Made by a program: the position numbers and the translations under genes. This document shows, piece by piece, positions 50,061-63,329 of a stretch of DNA of 64,000 nt. Within the stretch, counting starts at the first letter, position 1. Each line of letters begins with the position of its first letter. Source of the stretch: Vicugna vicugna (Eukaryota); the NCBI GenBank assembly GCA_013265495.1, contig MU058384.1:1117690-1181689 (forward strand). Direction: 5' to 3'. Below the pieces are notes generated by a model that was given only the letters and a program-made list of their open reading frames with translations, ran no database searches and was not told the origin of the DNA.

Positions 50061-52339
50061 ACAAAGCTCAAAATGCTCACTGACTAGAAATCAGATCTAA
50101 TTCCTAAACTCAGAATTCTGTTTATTCATACATTGCCATCTTCATTGCTCTCTTCTCTTTTTTTCAAAATGCTATTATAAGAAATAGCTTTAAAATACTA
50201 ATGTTCAAAGAAATGTTATGCATTCTCATCTCACTTTTTGAGAACAGAAAAACAAATTATTCCAACTTCAGTGAATTTTAGAAAAACAAAATGTTACATC
50301 TGCTTGGTACTCTAAGCCATTTTATGCTAAAGTTCACTTTCACATCATTCTTCAGATTTCATGATTTCTCTTATACATCATTTGCTTATCTATCACTTCA
50401 ATGAATATCTAATAAGTCATATCTAAGTATAGGCTCCTCATTAGTTATGAGATCTCAATATTGAACACAGGTTCTTGATACCTTGCTGAGAGCAATTAGG
50501 TAATTACCTCTCAATGTCTATATTCAACTTCAAAAATTAAAGTACCAAGTCATCAACAATTAACATAATCTATAATAGACATCTAGAAAATTTTGGTGCA
50601 TTCTTAATTTTTATATTTAAGTTACATAATATCATGCCTAAATTTAAAGACCTTCTTTACATAACAGTCTTTGTGATGCTTGTGTTGTGATAACACTTGG
50701 CAGTATTTCATCATTCATTATCAGTGGAGGAGAATCTCTTTCCTCCCTGTTATGTTACCATGTAAGCTTCCATATACAGCCTATATTCTTTGTGTTATTT
50801 TCAGAATATTTTCACTTTATAATGTTAGACTGATTTTCGATAATGACCATCACCCCTTCTACTTTGTTTCAGAGTGTATTAATTATTTTCAGATAGGCTA
50901 TTAACACTAAAAACTAGTAGTTCCAGAATAAAAACCAAATAAATGATATCCATGTCCACTCTAAATGTGATCATTCAATCTAATGAATATTCTTCTCACT
51001 GAAACAGTGTAATCAGTGAGTTTACATTAAAATTTTTAGTAGTAGAACTTGTTGTGTTATTAATTTACTCTAGAAACCCAATATATAAAGCATTTTTAAA
51101 AAGATGAGGAACTGTTCTGTTTAACAGAAAGTCTTGCCCACTTGACCCTTTTGACTATAAGATGATGATAAGAAATCTTCAAAGGATCTTCAGAACACGA
51201 TCTCAAAATTATTGCTCTTCATTGCTGCCCTAAATTCTGACTTGGAATTATGCTGCACTGAAGGGATTCTTGAAGAACCAAGTGGTTCAAACATCTAAAT
51301 TACCCAAAGCAAACAGAGGGATGAAATTTTCAGTGCTGAGATAAGAAATAAAAGTTTTAAAAATCATTGTCTACTATTCTATGTATAATACTATGCAAGT
51401 TGATTAAGTATAACTTTCAAGAACATATCAAAAGCTTTTTTAAAGTCATTATAGATTAAATCTATTTAGTGACTAATTATATTCATCAGATTTGATCTTT
51501 GTAAGTAATTATAGTTATAAAAGCCAAAGTAAAAATATTTCTTAAAAATCTTTCATAAGTTTAGACAAGGTGCATGTCTGAATACTGGCAATTTCTCACT
51601 CGGAACTGAGATCTTACAGTGAGCAAGATCTGACTCTATTTCTCCATCTTTTACTATCCTCAAGACCATAAAGGGGGATTGTATTGCAATTTCAATATAT
51701 ATATAATGAGATTTTAGACTAGGTTTATCAAGTGAAGAAATCAGCATCAGTTACCTTTCTTAGAGCTTCTTGATCTTTGGACACTGCCTCTTCTTGTCAG
51801 CTTTGTTATTTATCAACATGTCAGTCTGCCCATGGCTTTCTAGTAAGAACATGAGTCTCAGCAGTAATAAAGTACCCATGTCATTCAATTAAGCCTGCCA
51901 CCCAAAAATTAAAAATTTAAAGAAAGCTCAGAGAAGATTTTTTAAAAATTAGTTTTATGTAAATTTTCCAGTAGTTAGATCTCTGTCTTAGATAAGTTTT
52001 AGGAATTCCTATTGTAATTTCATTTAATAAATCTATCCACTTAGCATAAGAACAAAGAATATTCTTTTTAGTTTCAAATCATTTTGTGACCACATTTTAA
52101 AAAGTAACTTATATATCATATATTAATTGGTTTCCTTAGGTTATTAAATAAATCACAGATAATTAACTTTAGAACACATCTTTGTAATTTCTGGGTAAAG
52201 ATAGTGAAGTCAAGCCTGGTAAAATATTCTTCTAATAAGAACACTAAATAACTAGAAAAGACGCTAACCACAAATAAGAAAATATCCATAATTTCCAGCC
52301 ATAAATTCAAAAGAAGTAAGTCAGAAAAGATACCAAAGA

Positions 52340-53290
52340 TTATTCATGGCATGACTCTAAACTCTCCCTCTTTTCTCCCAAATCGTAATGCTGAGTCTCA
52401 ATGACCTCAAAATTCTCATGAATATCCATAAATCACCCTTCCTGACTAACAGGGAGTAAATGACTTTTAAGCATGTGGCTACTGGGGATAGTTGTCTCTA
52501 ACTGAAGCTCAAGTTGCAGAGTTCCAAGATGAATAAAAGACACAATTCCAATCCTACAGTACAGCCCACATCATAAGATACCACTTCAGTGCCCCTCCAA
52601 GCCCCGGCTCCAGTAGGTAAAGTAAATTATGATAGAGAACATTTAACAACATATAAAAAGAGAACACAGAACACAATTCCTCTAAGGCTTTATATCATTC
52701 CAACTAAAAACCTCTCTCACCTGCCATAACTTCCTAAAACAGAAGTTATATTTAGATCCCCAGTCTCTAACTCAGAGGAAAAGACAGACTGCAAGAAAGA
52801 GGGGAAAGGAACAAAAGATAATGTACTCCACACAGTATCAGGAAAACAGAGCTGCTGATACTAATATGAAGAGGATGAAAAGAAATAGTGTGTTTCCATG
52901 AAACAGAGAAAGGCAAAAGCTAGAGAGAGGAGAAGAATTGGGGGGAAAAAAACCAGCATGTAAAGCAAAACAAAAGAACAGAGAAATAAACAAAAATCAC
53001 GAAGAAGAAAAAAAAACATCCCAAAGTGTTTTTCACAGGAAAACCTTAATGAGAGTATATATAAAATCAGAGAGAGTGAAACAGACTTGAGATAAAGACA
53101 CAAACTGAAGACAAATCAAAACCATGCCAGACACAACCAACAAATAAATTATGAAAATTTCAGGGAATAATGTGTTACCAGAAACAATAATGGACATAGA
53201 TGAAATGAAATAAGCACAGTATATTTAAAGAAATAACAACAAAAAACTACACAGATCACTGACAACCATAAATCTGAACAGACTCTTTTT
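52340..53290 (+). mobile_element. Possible very old L1/HAL1 5' relic
   Basis: Strongly A-rich + strand with L1-like composition; no diagnostic motif securely identified. Confidence 0.3.
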
Positions 53291-53344
53291 CTTTTATCTT
53301 CATATTACCACATAATTTTTAAAACTCAAGGTTATATTTCTTAC

Positions 53345-56300
53345 ATTATGTTTTATAAACATTTATGAAGGTATAATTGATATAAAATATAAATGACACA
53401 TATTTAAGTGTATAATATGTTTTGACATATATATTAAACTACCACCATCAATAATGAATATATACATCAAACTTAAAGTTTTCTCATGTCTCTTTGTAAT
53501 CTTGCTTTTCCACCCCTCTTCATCTCCTTCTCATTCCTAAACAACCACTGATCTCCTTTCAGTCACTAAAACTTAGTTTATATTTTCTATAGTTTGATAT
53601 AAATGGGAAATATATAGTATGCACTCATTTTGCCTGTCTTCTTTTGGTTAATATAATTATTTTGAGATTCATCCATGTTGTTGCATGTACTAATAGTCCA
53701 CACATACTTCTTGCAGAGTAGCATTCCACTGTATTGGCTCTGTTTATATTTTCACCTGTTGATGGACATTTGAGATTTTTCCAGGTTTTGATTATTACAT
53801 ACAATCAGCACTCATGTACAAGATTTGAATGGGCAAATGCTTCCATTTCTCTTAGATGAGAGTAGAATAGCTAGATCATGTGATAGTATATTCTTACCTT
53901 TTAAAGAAATTGTCAGACTGTTTTCCAAAATGGTTGTAACATTTCACATTCTCACAGGCAATACAAGAGAGCTCCAGTCTCTCAAAATTCTTGCCAACAT
54001 TTGGTATGATCAATCTTTTAAATTTTAGCCATATTAATAGTAGTGTAGTGATATCCCATTGTGGTTTTAGTTTACATTCTCTAGTGACTAATGATGCTAA
54101 GTATCTTTTCATGTATATATTTGCCATCCATATCCCCTTCCATCCATATGCTTGCAAATACTTTTCCCCAATCTTTGCTTGTCTTTTCATTCTCTTGACA
54201 GTGTTTCTTAAAGAGCAGAAGTTGTTTACATTGGATGAAGTCCAATTTATAAATTTTTATTCTTTTATGGAGTATGCTTTTGAAGTTTTATCTAAGAAAT
54301 TTTGCCTAACCCAAGTTCACAGAGATTTTCTCCTATTTTCTTCCGTAAGTGTATAGATTAAGTTTTATATATAGTTCTATGATCCAGTTTGAATTAGTTT
54401 AAGTATATAATATTGAGTAGGTAATAGGATTTTTGTTTGTTTTCTGTTTGTTTAGTTAGTTTGTTTGCTTCCATATGGACATCCAATTGTTTCAGCACCA
54501 TTTGCTGAGAAGAGTATCATTTCTCCAGTGAATTACCCCTACATCTTTGACAGACATTAGTTGTCTATATGTGTGATTCTATATTTAGACTCTAAACATT
54601 ATCCATTGATTGATCTATTTGTCTATCAGTAAACCAATACCCAAAGTTTTGATACTATATTTGTAATATTAAGTCTTGAACACAAGTGATATTAGCCATC
54701 CAACTTTATTCTTCTTTTTAAAATTTATTTTGGCTCTTCTATGTCCTTTATATTTTTATATAATTTTTACAATCCATTTGTCAGTTTCTGCAAAATATCC
54801 TATATGATTTTGATTGGGATTGTACTGAATCTTACCAGTTTCAGAACTGACATCTTAACAATATTGAATCTTCTGACATATGTTCTTCAACATTAATTAC
54901 CCTGTTATCTGTAAGTCTTTCATAGATGTCCTTTATCAGACTGTGGAAATTGTTGTATGTTCCTAGTTTGCTAAGTGTTTTTATCAGCTGTGGATTTGGG
55001 ATTATGTTAAATGATTGTCTATTGTCTATTGCAGCGAAATTGTTTTCTTTTTTTAGTTTGTTGACATGGTTAATCATACTGACTGAATTCTAAATGTAAA
55101 ATTCACTAACATTAAATTCCCAGGACAAACACTTTGTTATTATACTGTCTTGTATTTTTACACCCTACTGGATTTAATTGCTAAGTTTTTGTTAAGAACT
55201 GATGTATCTATGTTCATGAAGGATGTTAGTCTGTAGTTTCCTTTTCTTGTGATGTCTTTGGCTCTAGTTTTGGAATTGGTACAGTGTTGGATTCATAGAA
55301 TGTGTTGTTAAGTATTCACTTGTCTTCAATCTTCTAGAAGCATTTGTTTAGGATTAGCACTATTTCTTCCTTAATTGTTTAAAATAATTCCCCAAGTGAT
55401 ACGGGCCTGGAGTTTCCCTTGTGGGAAAGTTTGTAACTACAAATTAAATTTAATAGAATAGTGCCACTCAGATTATCTACTAACTTAGAGAAAACTTTAT
55501 CTATCTTAGAGATCTTTGGGAGTCTGTGTCTTTCAAGAGTTTGTCCACTTAATATACACTGTTAAATTTATTGCCATAAAGTTGTTCAAAATATTTCTTT
55601 ACTAGCCTTTTAATATTTTGTAGAATTTGTATTGAAGCCACTTCTTTCATTCCTGATATTGCCAATTTATGTCTTTTTTGTTTTTCTGTTTTGCCTGGCT
55701 AGAAGTTTATCAATTTTATTAATTGTTTCATAAAACTACTTTTGGTTACATTGATTTTTCTCTAATGTTTTCACAATTTTCTGTTTCATTGATTTCTTTC
55801 ATTATTTTCCATCTGTGATTAACTTGAGTTCAATGTACTCTTCGAGTTTTTTAAAGAATAAGTTATGGACACTGATTTGAGACTTTTTCTCATTTCTACT
55901 ATTGGATTTTAGTTCTTATAATTTTCCCCTAATTACTGTGTTAACGGCATCCCACAAATTTTGGTGTGTCTGTTTGCATTCTCATCCAGTTAAAAGATAC
56001 CCTACTTTCCTTCTTTGAACTACTAGTTAGGTTGAAGTTATTATTTATGTACTTCTTAGCTATTTTTCCCTTATTTATTTATAATTTAATTCAGAAAACA
56101 TACTTAATTTTTATTTATTTTTTAACATTTTTTATTGAGTAATAGTCAGTTTACAACGTTGTGTCAATTTCCAGTGTAGAGCACAATTTTTCAGTTATGC
56201 ATGAACATACATATATTCATTGTCACACTCTTTTTCACTATGAGCTACCAGAAGATCTGGTATACATTTCCCTGTGCTATACAGTATAATCTTGTTTATC

Positions 56301-56920
56301 TAATCTACATATGCCTGTCAAAAGTAAACTCAAAATGGATCAAAGACTAAAACATAAGACAAGATAAAATAAACCTCCTAGAAGAAAACATAGGCAAAAC
56401 ATTATCTCACATACATCTCAGAAATGTCCTCCTAGGGCAGTCTACACAAGCAATAGAAATAAAGGCAAGAATAAACAAATGGGACCTAATTAAACGTACA
56501 AGCTTCTGCACAGCAAAGGAAACCATAAACAAAACAAAACAACAACCTATGGAATGGGAAAAAATTTTTGCAAAACATGAAACTGATAAGGGCTTGGTAT
56601 CCAGAATATATAAACATCTCATGGGACTAAATAAGATAAAAACCAAACAACCCAATCCAAAAGACTAAACAAGCAGTTTTCCAAGGAAGAAATACAAATG
56701 ATCAACTGGCACATGAAAAAATGCTCAATATCACTGATTATCAGAGAAATGCAAATCAAAACTACAATGACGTATCACCTCACACCAGCCAGAATGGCCA
56801 TAATTCAGAAAACATACTTTATAAGACTGAAATCCTTTTAAATGTATTAACATTCATTTTTGGCCTAGAATATATCCATCTTGATAAATACTCTGTATTT
56901 GTTTAAAAACACTGTATAAT
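53345..56920 (-). mobile_element. Decayed L1MC/L1ME-like LINE (3'UTR and most of ORF2), interrupted by a young L1
   Basis: Antisense 3'UTR 'aacaaccactgatctcctttcagtcacta'; minus ORFs 53894-54190 (MKRQAKIGEKYL..MANIYMKR) and 54841-55077 (INHVNKLK..LIKTLSKLG..LIKDIYE) are ORF2p relics. Confidence 0.9.
56106..56800 (-). mobile_element. Young camelid-type L1 with 5' inversion (3' end on minus strand 56106-56320; inverted ORF2 piece on plus strand 56321-56800)
   Basis: Perfect 19-bp TSD taattcagaaaacatactt at 56087-56105 and 56801-56819; T-rich tail on the left; strand switch at ~56320. Confidence 0.93.
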
Positions 56921-57639
56921 TTTGCATAGACAAGATGACAGAGACAAAAATATAATATAAAACTCTTAACTCTCAAGCTCAAAGTGAATCTGATAGGATA
57001 TATAAGCATATAATTAATATACTTAAAATATATCATGAGAAAAAACCGAATCAGATAAAAATTGCATAAAAAGCTTCTTGTATTGTTTTATTTCATATAC
57101 AATCCACAATATTGTTGTTCACAGGAAAAATTAGTTTTGATAGAGTCAATTAGATTAAGTAATACTGTCTATAGAAATAGTTAACACAGTATATTTCACT
57201 TAATTATAATTTATTAATATTTGCTTAAAATAGAAATAGTGGAAAAAATAGTTATTAATATGATCTTGTACCATAAATACTATAAATTCTATTTGCATTT
57301 CTGTTAAGCCTTATGTTGAAGATGTTACAGAACTGCAATTATAGAGTGGTCTTATATGTTTTTTTTTGTCAATTAATTTTAGAAAAACATACACTGCACA
57401 ATGCTCTGCAAAATAAAATTAACACAAATCTATTGACAAAAACTTTTATTGTATATATATTTTATAAAGAATATTATATGTTTATATTTATTATAAAAAT
57501 ACAAATAATACTATTATTGGCAGGGTAAATTATAAAAATATTATTCATCAATGATAAATCTCAGCAAATTCTCTTACAAATTATTTTTAAGTCCTACTTC
57601 CTTTTTGCTTTAGTTACATTTGACTTATTTAAATGGTAC

Positions 57640-57955
57640 CTTTTTATTAACACAATAAATGGAGAAGAAAAATATGACCAATTTAGTAGATACAGAAAAA
57701 GCATGTGGATGAATTTAACATGTGACCTATTTAGATAAAAATTCTCAGCAAACTGGAAAAAGAAGAAAACTTCCTCAACTGCCAAAAAGGATATTTATAA
57801 GAAGCTGCAGCTAACATCACACTTAATGGTCAAATAAACGTTCTTTTCCTAGAAAAGCAAGGATGCCCTCCCTCAACTTTTATACAACATTTGATTTGAG
57901 GTCCTAGTCAGTGCAACACAACAAGACAAAGAAATAAAAAGCACACAGATTTTTT
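57640..57955 (+). mobile_element. L1 ORF2 RT-domain fragment
   Basis: 'tagatacagaaaaagcatgtggatgaatttaacat...cagctaacatcacacttaatggt...caaggatgccc...gaggtcctagtcagtgcaa' (DAEKAFD, QGCP, EVLA-like). Confidence 0.8.
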
Positions 57956-58233
57956 TTTTAATAAAAGAAGTAAAAAGCTAAAAAAAAAAACACCTTTTTT
58001 TTAAATAAAAGGAAAACTCAAATAGTAATAAAAATAGTAATATAAAAATTACTTACAAAATAAAGAAAGCAGGACAATAGTTGCTCTGGTTAAGGCAGCA
58101 ACAAGTAACTTCAGGAAGCTTTATTATTTATAATGATTTTCAGCTATGGAAAGATTCAGAGCTCAAAGTCTCAACTAATGAGAGGATTTTCGTTTGTTAA
58201 TTTTCTGCCTGCTTATAAACAATGATCAAATGT

Positions 58234-58489
58234 TATTCAAAAAAGAGGCTGATAGCTCCCTGGAGATTGTATATTGGGGAATAAAAGGTATTATTAAGTA
58301 ACATTTTCTTCAATGTTTAAGGATTTTGAGAACAGAGTAAGAGTTACCATGGGTACAATATTCACAAAAAGAGTTTGATAGCTCTCTGGAGATTGTATAC
58401 AGGGAAATAAACATTTTTATTAAGTAACATTTTCTTGAATGTTTCAGGATTTTTGAGGATAGAATAAGAATTGCCAAGGGTACAATATT
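58234..58489. repeat. Two-copy tandem duplication, unit ~125 bp
   Basis: Unit 1 58234-58358, unit 2 58359-58485; shared blocks 'tgatagctc.ctggagattgtata', 'ttattaagtaacattttctt.aatgttt' and 'gggtacaatatt'. Confidence 0.92.
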
Positions 58490-58557
58490 TGATATGTATT
58501 CCAATGGATTTTAAAATGGAACCTAAAAATCATTAAAATGTCTTTAAAGATTATTTA

Positions 58558-59785
58558 GGACTCCAGCTTTCAATTCTGACATGTAATGGGCTTGTAAATT
58601 GTCATTCCTATTCTTAGAAGAATCAAGCTGAACAAAGAGAAATAAATTACTTCACTTGAGCCCAACATAAAAAGTGAGGTGGCAGGGCAAACTGACACCC
58701 CAAAATCTGGAGAGTCAAGTGAATAGAGGAAATCACAGCAGAGATCAGCTTACTTGGAGCAAAAGTGATTGGAGCCATAAACTGGTAGGAAGACTTAACA
58801 GTAATTTTGGCGAAATTACTGGAGTGTGACTGTGAACTAATATTAGAATGAGACATTCCTCAGGGTTACAGACTTAACGGGGACACCAACACTTCCATAG
58901 GTTTAAATTCCAAGAAACCCAACAGGTACTAACAGTGAAGAATAAAGAAAAAAAACAAAACAAAACTTTTTTTTTTCTGACAAGGAGAGAAAAGCAACCA
59001 TTTTGAAAAGACCCAGGGTATTCTACCTAACATGCATAAGCCTACTCTCCAGGGAAACAGACTACCAGAGACTTATTCTACACAAGGATGGGCACTTGCC
59101 TGACTTCAACACCATCTAGCCTTCCTGTCTTACTTAAAGGGAAATGGCTGCGGGGTGGTGGGCAAAGGAGTAACTAAGAAAGAATTGTGAAGGTCATAGA
59201 TCAGGGTCACAGGCATACTAAATAAATGAGATTTTATCACAAAATTATAGAATGCTCCCTCCCCACCACCACCATCACATACCATTGCATCAATAGGGCT
59301 TCCATAAATAGTGTATTGTAGCTGAAAGAGATGCAAGAAACATAGTCTCTGAAGAGCAGGTAAAAAAACAAAACAAAACAAGCAAACAAACAAACAAAAA
59401 AAACAGAAGCTCCCAAATTCAAAAAGTAAGACAAAAATAAGGACAGAAATTTGAACCCTCTGGTACCTACAGCCATAGCAAACATTGAACACAGTCAGAC
59501 TCCTAGCCATAATAACATAAAACTTCACACTAGAGGCCTTGTTTCCTATTATTCCATGGCACATGATTGAGAATTTTCCAAAATTAATGACAAATACCAA
59601 GTCACAGACCCAGAAAGCTCAGAGAACATAAGCAGAATAAATACCAAAAAATCTAAACTTTGGCATATCGTATTCAAATGGCCAAAAGAAGATAAAGAGA
59701 AAATCTTGAAAGAAGACAGAGAGAATAAAAATACCTTGCAAACAATGGAACATGACTAAGAGTTACATTCTTATGGGCTTCTTCT
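58558..59785 (+). mobile_element. Old L1M 5'UTR with partial ORF1
   Basis: 'gcagggcaaactgacaccccaaaatctggagag' (L1M 5' end); ORF1 relic 'gagaattttccaaaattaatgacaaataccaagtcacagacccagaaagctcagagaac'. Confidence 0.75.
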
Positions 59786-60575
59786 GACATGAAGTAAAAT
59801 GAAACATCATTAGTTATTAGGAAGATGCAAATCAAAACCACAATGAGATAACAATTCACACTTACTAGAATGGCTAAAATTAAAAAGGCAGATAAAGTGT
59901 TCTAGCAAATATGTGGAGAAACTGGAACTTTCATATACAGCTGTAGGGAATGTAAAATGGTGAAATAAATCTGGAAAACAGTTTGGGATATCTTAAAAAT
60001 GTTAAACATAATACAGGACCTAACAATTCTACTCCCAGACATACTCAAGAGAAATGAAAAATTATATCTACATAAAAACTTGTACATGAATATTCATTAC
60101 AGCATTATTCATGATAGCTAAAAGAAGTAACTCAAACATCCAACAACTAGTGAGAAGATAAATAAAATGCAACATATCAATATAATGGAATAGTATTCAA
60201 CTATAAAAAGGAATGAAGTACTAATATGCACTACAACATGGTTGAACCTTTACATTATGCTAAGTGAAAGAAGTCCATCACAAAAGACACATATTGTAAT
60301 TCCACTTATATTGGATGTCCAGAATAGGCCAATCAATAGAAACAGTAAGTAGATTAGTGTTTACCTAGGGCTGAGAATGTGGAGAAGAATGGGAAGTGAA
60401 TTCTAATGAATATAGATTTTCTTTGGTGTTGTGATAAAAATATTCTGAAATTTGATTATGGTGAAGGTTACACATCTCTATGAAGGTACTTACACTGATT
60501 CATATATTTTAATTGGATGAACAGCATTATATATGAATTATACATAAATAAAGCTAATATAAAATTTAAAAGAAG
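59786..60575 (+). mobile_element. L1MB7/8-like ORF2 end and 3'UTR
   Basis: 'gatgcaaatcaaaaccacaatgagataac' and 'gtccagaataggccaatcaatagaaacagtaagtagattagtg'; terminal aataaagct. Confidence 0.88.
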
Positions 60576-61539
60576 ATAGAAAACAATTATGGAGCCAGGT
60601 AGGCAGATGAAAGCAGAGGTCTGGAACAACTTCTGAAATATTGCTCAAGTATCTGTGGAGACTTCAGCTACAAGTGTGCTGAAATTATAAACTGGAGTGA
60701 CAGAGTGGACATATGCTACCCAATGCCCTTCCTCAAGAATACTGTCTCCTCATGAGCCCTATTTCTGGTTTCATCCTAATTAGCATGCTTTCTGCCCTTA
60801 TTTATTAGTATTTCTTTTTCCAAATAACAGGATTCCTCCCAAGGGTTCCCTTCACTTCAACACAGCAATCACTTAGGTTTCCTGTCATTGTTACTATCCT
60901 TGAGCTCCACTAATCATAGTTGCATTGTTAGGAGCATTGTTTCAGTACTAGAGTATTATTTAAAAGCCATTTTGTTGATTATCCTAGTTGCCATTCTCCT
61001 CTAAGCATAACTTGTAAAAAGATCAATGAAACATCTCAGAAAATAGTATGTCCACCTTGGTATAGTCTAGGTTTGCCAAAGATAAACATGGTTTCTTTCT
61101 CCAAATGAAAGCTTTGTATTGGTCTGGAGTTGTACAGCACATTCACTTAATCTCCTGAAATACCAAGGGACATATCAACTTTCTGGAATTGTTTTTTATA
61201 GTATTTCAGTGCATAGTTAGGCATTATAACTGAATATTCCTATTCACACTTTTATACTGATGATCCTACATAATATTTAATGAACAAAGAATCTTGAAAC
61301 TGTAAGTTTGATGCCTAATTGGTGTTCCACCTATACAGAACTAAACAAGAAGACATTAAAGTTTAATTTTTTGTTCCAAACACTAAAAGATAAGATAAAA
61401 GAAAAAAGCTATCTTTAAGAAATCAATCATCACCTTTAAGGGTATGAAGGTGTATATATCATGTGGGCATTGAATCCTAGAATGCATAAAGCCATTATTA
61501 TGCTAATAAAATATCTCTAATGAAATTTCATGGTGACTA

Positions 61540-61960
61540 TTTTCTTTGACCACCCAGCACCACCTTCTACTTCCCTCTCATGATAGACCTGACCTTACCT
61601 TACCACAAGCATTTGTATGGTTGGATTATTAATAATAACTTATATCACTGTCCATGGTTTGGTCCAAAGATAGGTACATAACATGGGTGAGCCAATGGCT
61701 TTCTCCAGGATCTTTTTTCCTGGGATGTTAAATAGTCATTTAAAAAATCTTTCCTTTCTCCATCATTAAGAGTATATAAGATGTGGCCCCAGAACTAACA
61801 AAATTCATATTTTCATTATGTAGATAAGCTGAACAAATTAGACACACAGAGGAGAAACAGATAAGTGAGAAAGAGACTGCTTCTGTTGTACCCTGGGTTC
61901 CCAAGATCTCAGGGGCTATACCTGATTCCTGCAACTTTTTCTCTTGGTCTGTAAACCACT
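61540..61960 (+). mobile_element. MLT1-like MaLR LTR relic
   Basis: 'ccatggtttggtccaaagataggtacataacatgggtgagccaatgg'. Confidence 0.45.
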
Positions 61961-61969
61961 ATGGTATTC

Positions 61970-62012
61970 TGAGAAAGAGAGAGAGAGATACATACATACA
62001 TAAAACATACAT
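61970..62012. repeat. (GA)n/(CATA)n compound microsatellite
   Basis: Visible short runs. Confidence 0.75.
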
Positions 62013-62467
62013 GCAGCATATATGCCAATTTGACATAATATTGAGGATCAATGTTTGATTTGGAGTTCAGTTATGTACAAGTGAAAGAATAGTTAGATTC
62101 AGGGGATACAAATGCTTAACCATGAGACCCACAGACTTCCTTCCTTGTACCAGCACAGGGGAAGGAAGGTATGTGGTAGGAGGTGGTAAATAAGTACTGA
62201 ACTTACTCCCAAGGAATTCTCTTGTTAGGAACATAAGAATATGTATGGAAAAAAGGATAACATCATTTAGAGCATATCAAAGAGCTTTTGATGAGAAAAT
62301 GTAAACTGCATAGGATGCGAAAGCATGAGAGAGACTGCCATCTCAATAAACACTTTGGCAGCACAAGTTTCTAAGAACTGCACGATAGTTCATTATATTG
62401 ATCGATACACCATGGTTTGATAAGTCAATTCCTCTTTGAGGCTATTTTGGTTGCTTTCCTTCTATTA

Positions 62468-62684
62468 CAGAGCTTCTCAGCTTCAACACCATTGATATTT
62501 TGTGCTAGATAATCCTTTAATGTGGGGGACTGTCCTGTGCATTGCAGGAGGTTCAGCAGCATTGCTGGCCTTGACCCACGAGGTGTCAAGAGCACATTCC
62601 CTTCCCTCAGTGGTGAACAAAATATCTCCAAAAATTGCCAAATGTCTCCTCGGGGGCAGAATCATCTCTTGTTGAGAAACACTG
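62468..62684 (-). mobile_element. MER20 hAT-Charlie non-autonomous DNA transposon, full length
   Basis: Imperfect TIRs cagagcttctca / tgagaaacactg; internal 'ggactgtcctgtgcattgcaggaggttcagcagcat' and 'ttgccaaatgtctcctcgggggcagaatc'; flanks share ctatta (TSD remnant). Confidence 0.9.
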
Positions 62685-62694
62685 CCTATTAAAA

Positions 62695-62995
62695 ACACAC
62701 TTTAATTGTTTCTCCGATTATAAAAGTAATAAAAATTTAATGAAAATATTACTTAAAATATAGAAAAATAAAATAAAGTGAAAATCATAGCATTTTATTT
62801 TACTTGGACATAGTCACTTAAAACATCTGGTTACATTTCAGGACATTTTATTCTTGTCTGATGCTAAATTTAAATTTATTATGTCATTTGGCATCCTGTA
62901 AATTTCATTCAATATTCTTATGAGCATTTCTTCATGCTAAATATTCTTTAAAAATGTGCTTTTGAATGGCTACGCAGTGTCCAACTGCATGGTAG
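62695..62995 (-). mobile_element. Old L1ME-like 3' end fragment
   Basis: 'gattataaaagtaata...aatatagaaaa' and 'ttttgaatggctacgcagtgtcca'. Confidence 0.5.
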
Positions 62996-63329
62996 AGTTC
63001 TTTTTTTCTTTTTTATTTTCTTTTTTTAATTGTTTTTTCAATTTAGGGGCACTCTTCTGAGACCAAGTCAAACTTTAGGTTCTTCGGCATAATGAGCTCT
63101 TTGTCTAATAAGAAAATGATTCTGAACAAAGGCCTTTTTATCATTTTGTTTCGTAAAGAGCATATGGAGTCAACCAACTGGTCCTGTAGTGATTCAATAT
63201 ATATTTAGCCTTTTAATTTTCTGATTTTTGGTACTCTCCAGTTAGGTTAATTTCATGTTAAGATGTATCAAATCCAAAGATACCTAGAGTTTTATTTAAC
63301 TAATGGAACAATTGATATGAGCTTAAAAA

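Noticed and set aside
58234..58489. Possible CRISPR-like or satellite array
   Set aside because: Only two contiguous units with no spacers, in eukaryotic DNA.
59130..59600. Longest ORF in the track (156 aa, hydrophobic, minus strand)
   Set aside because: Antisense to an A-rich L1 5' region with (CAAA)n runs; the F/L/V/C richness is a compositional artefact.
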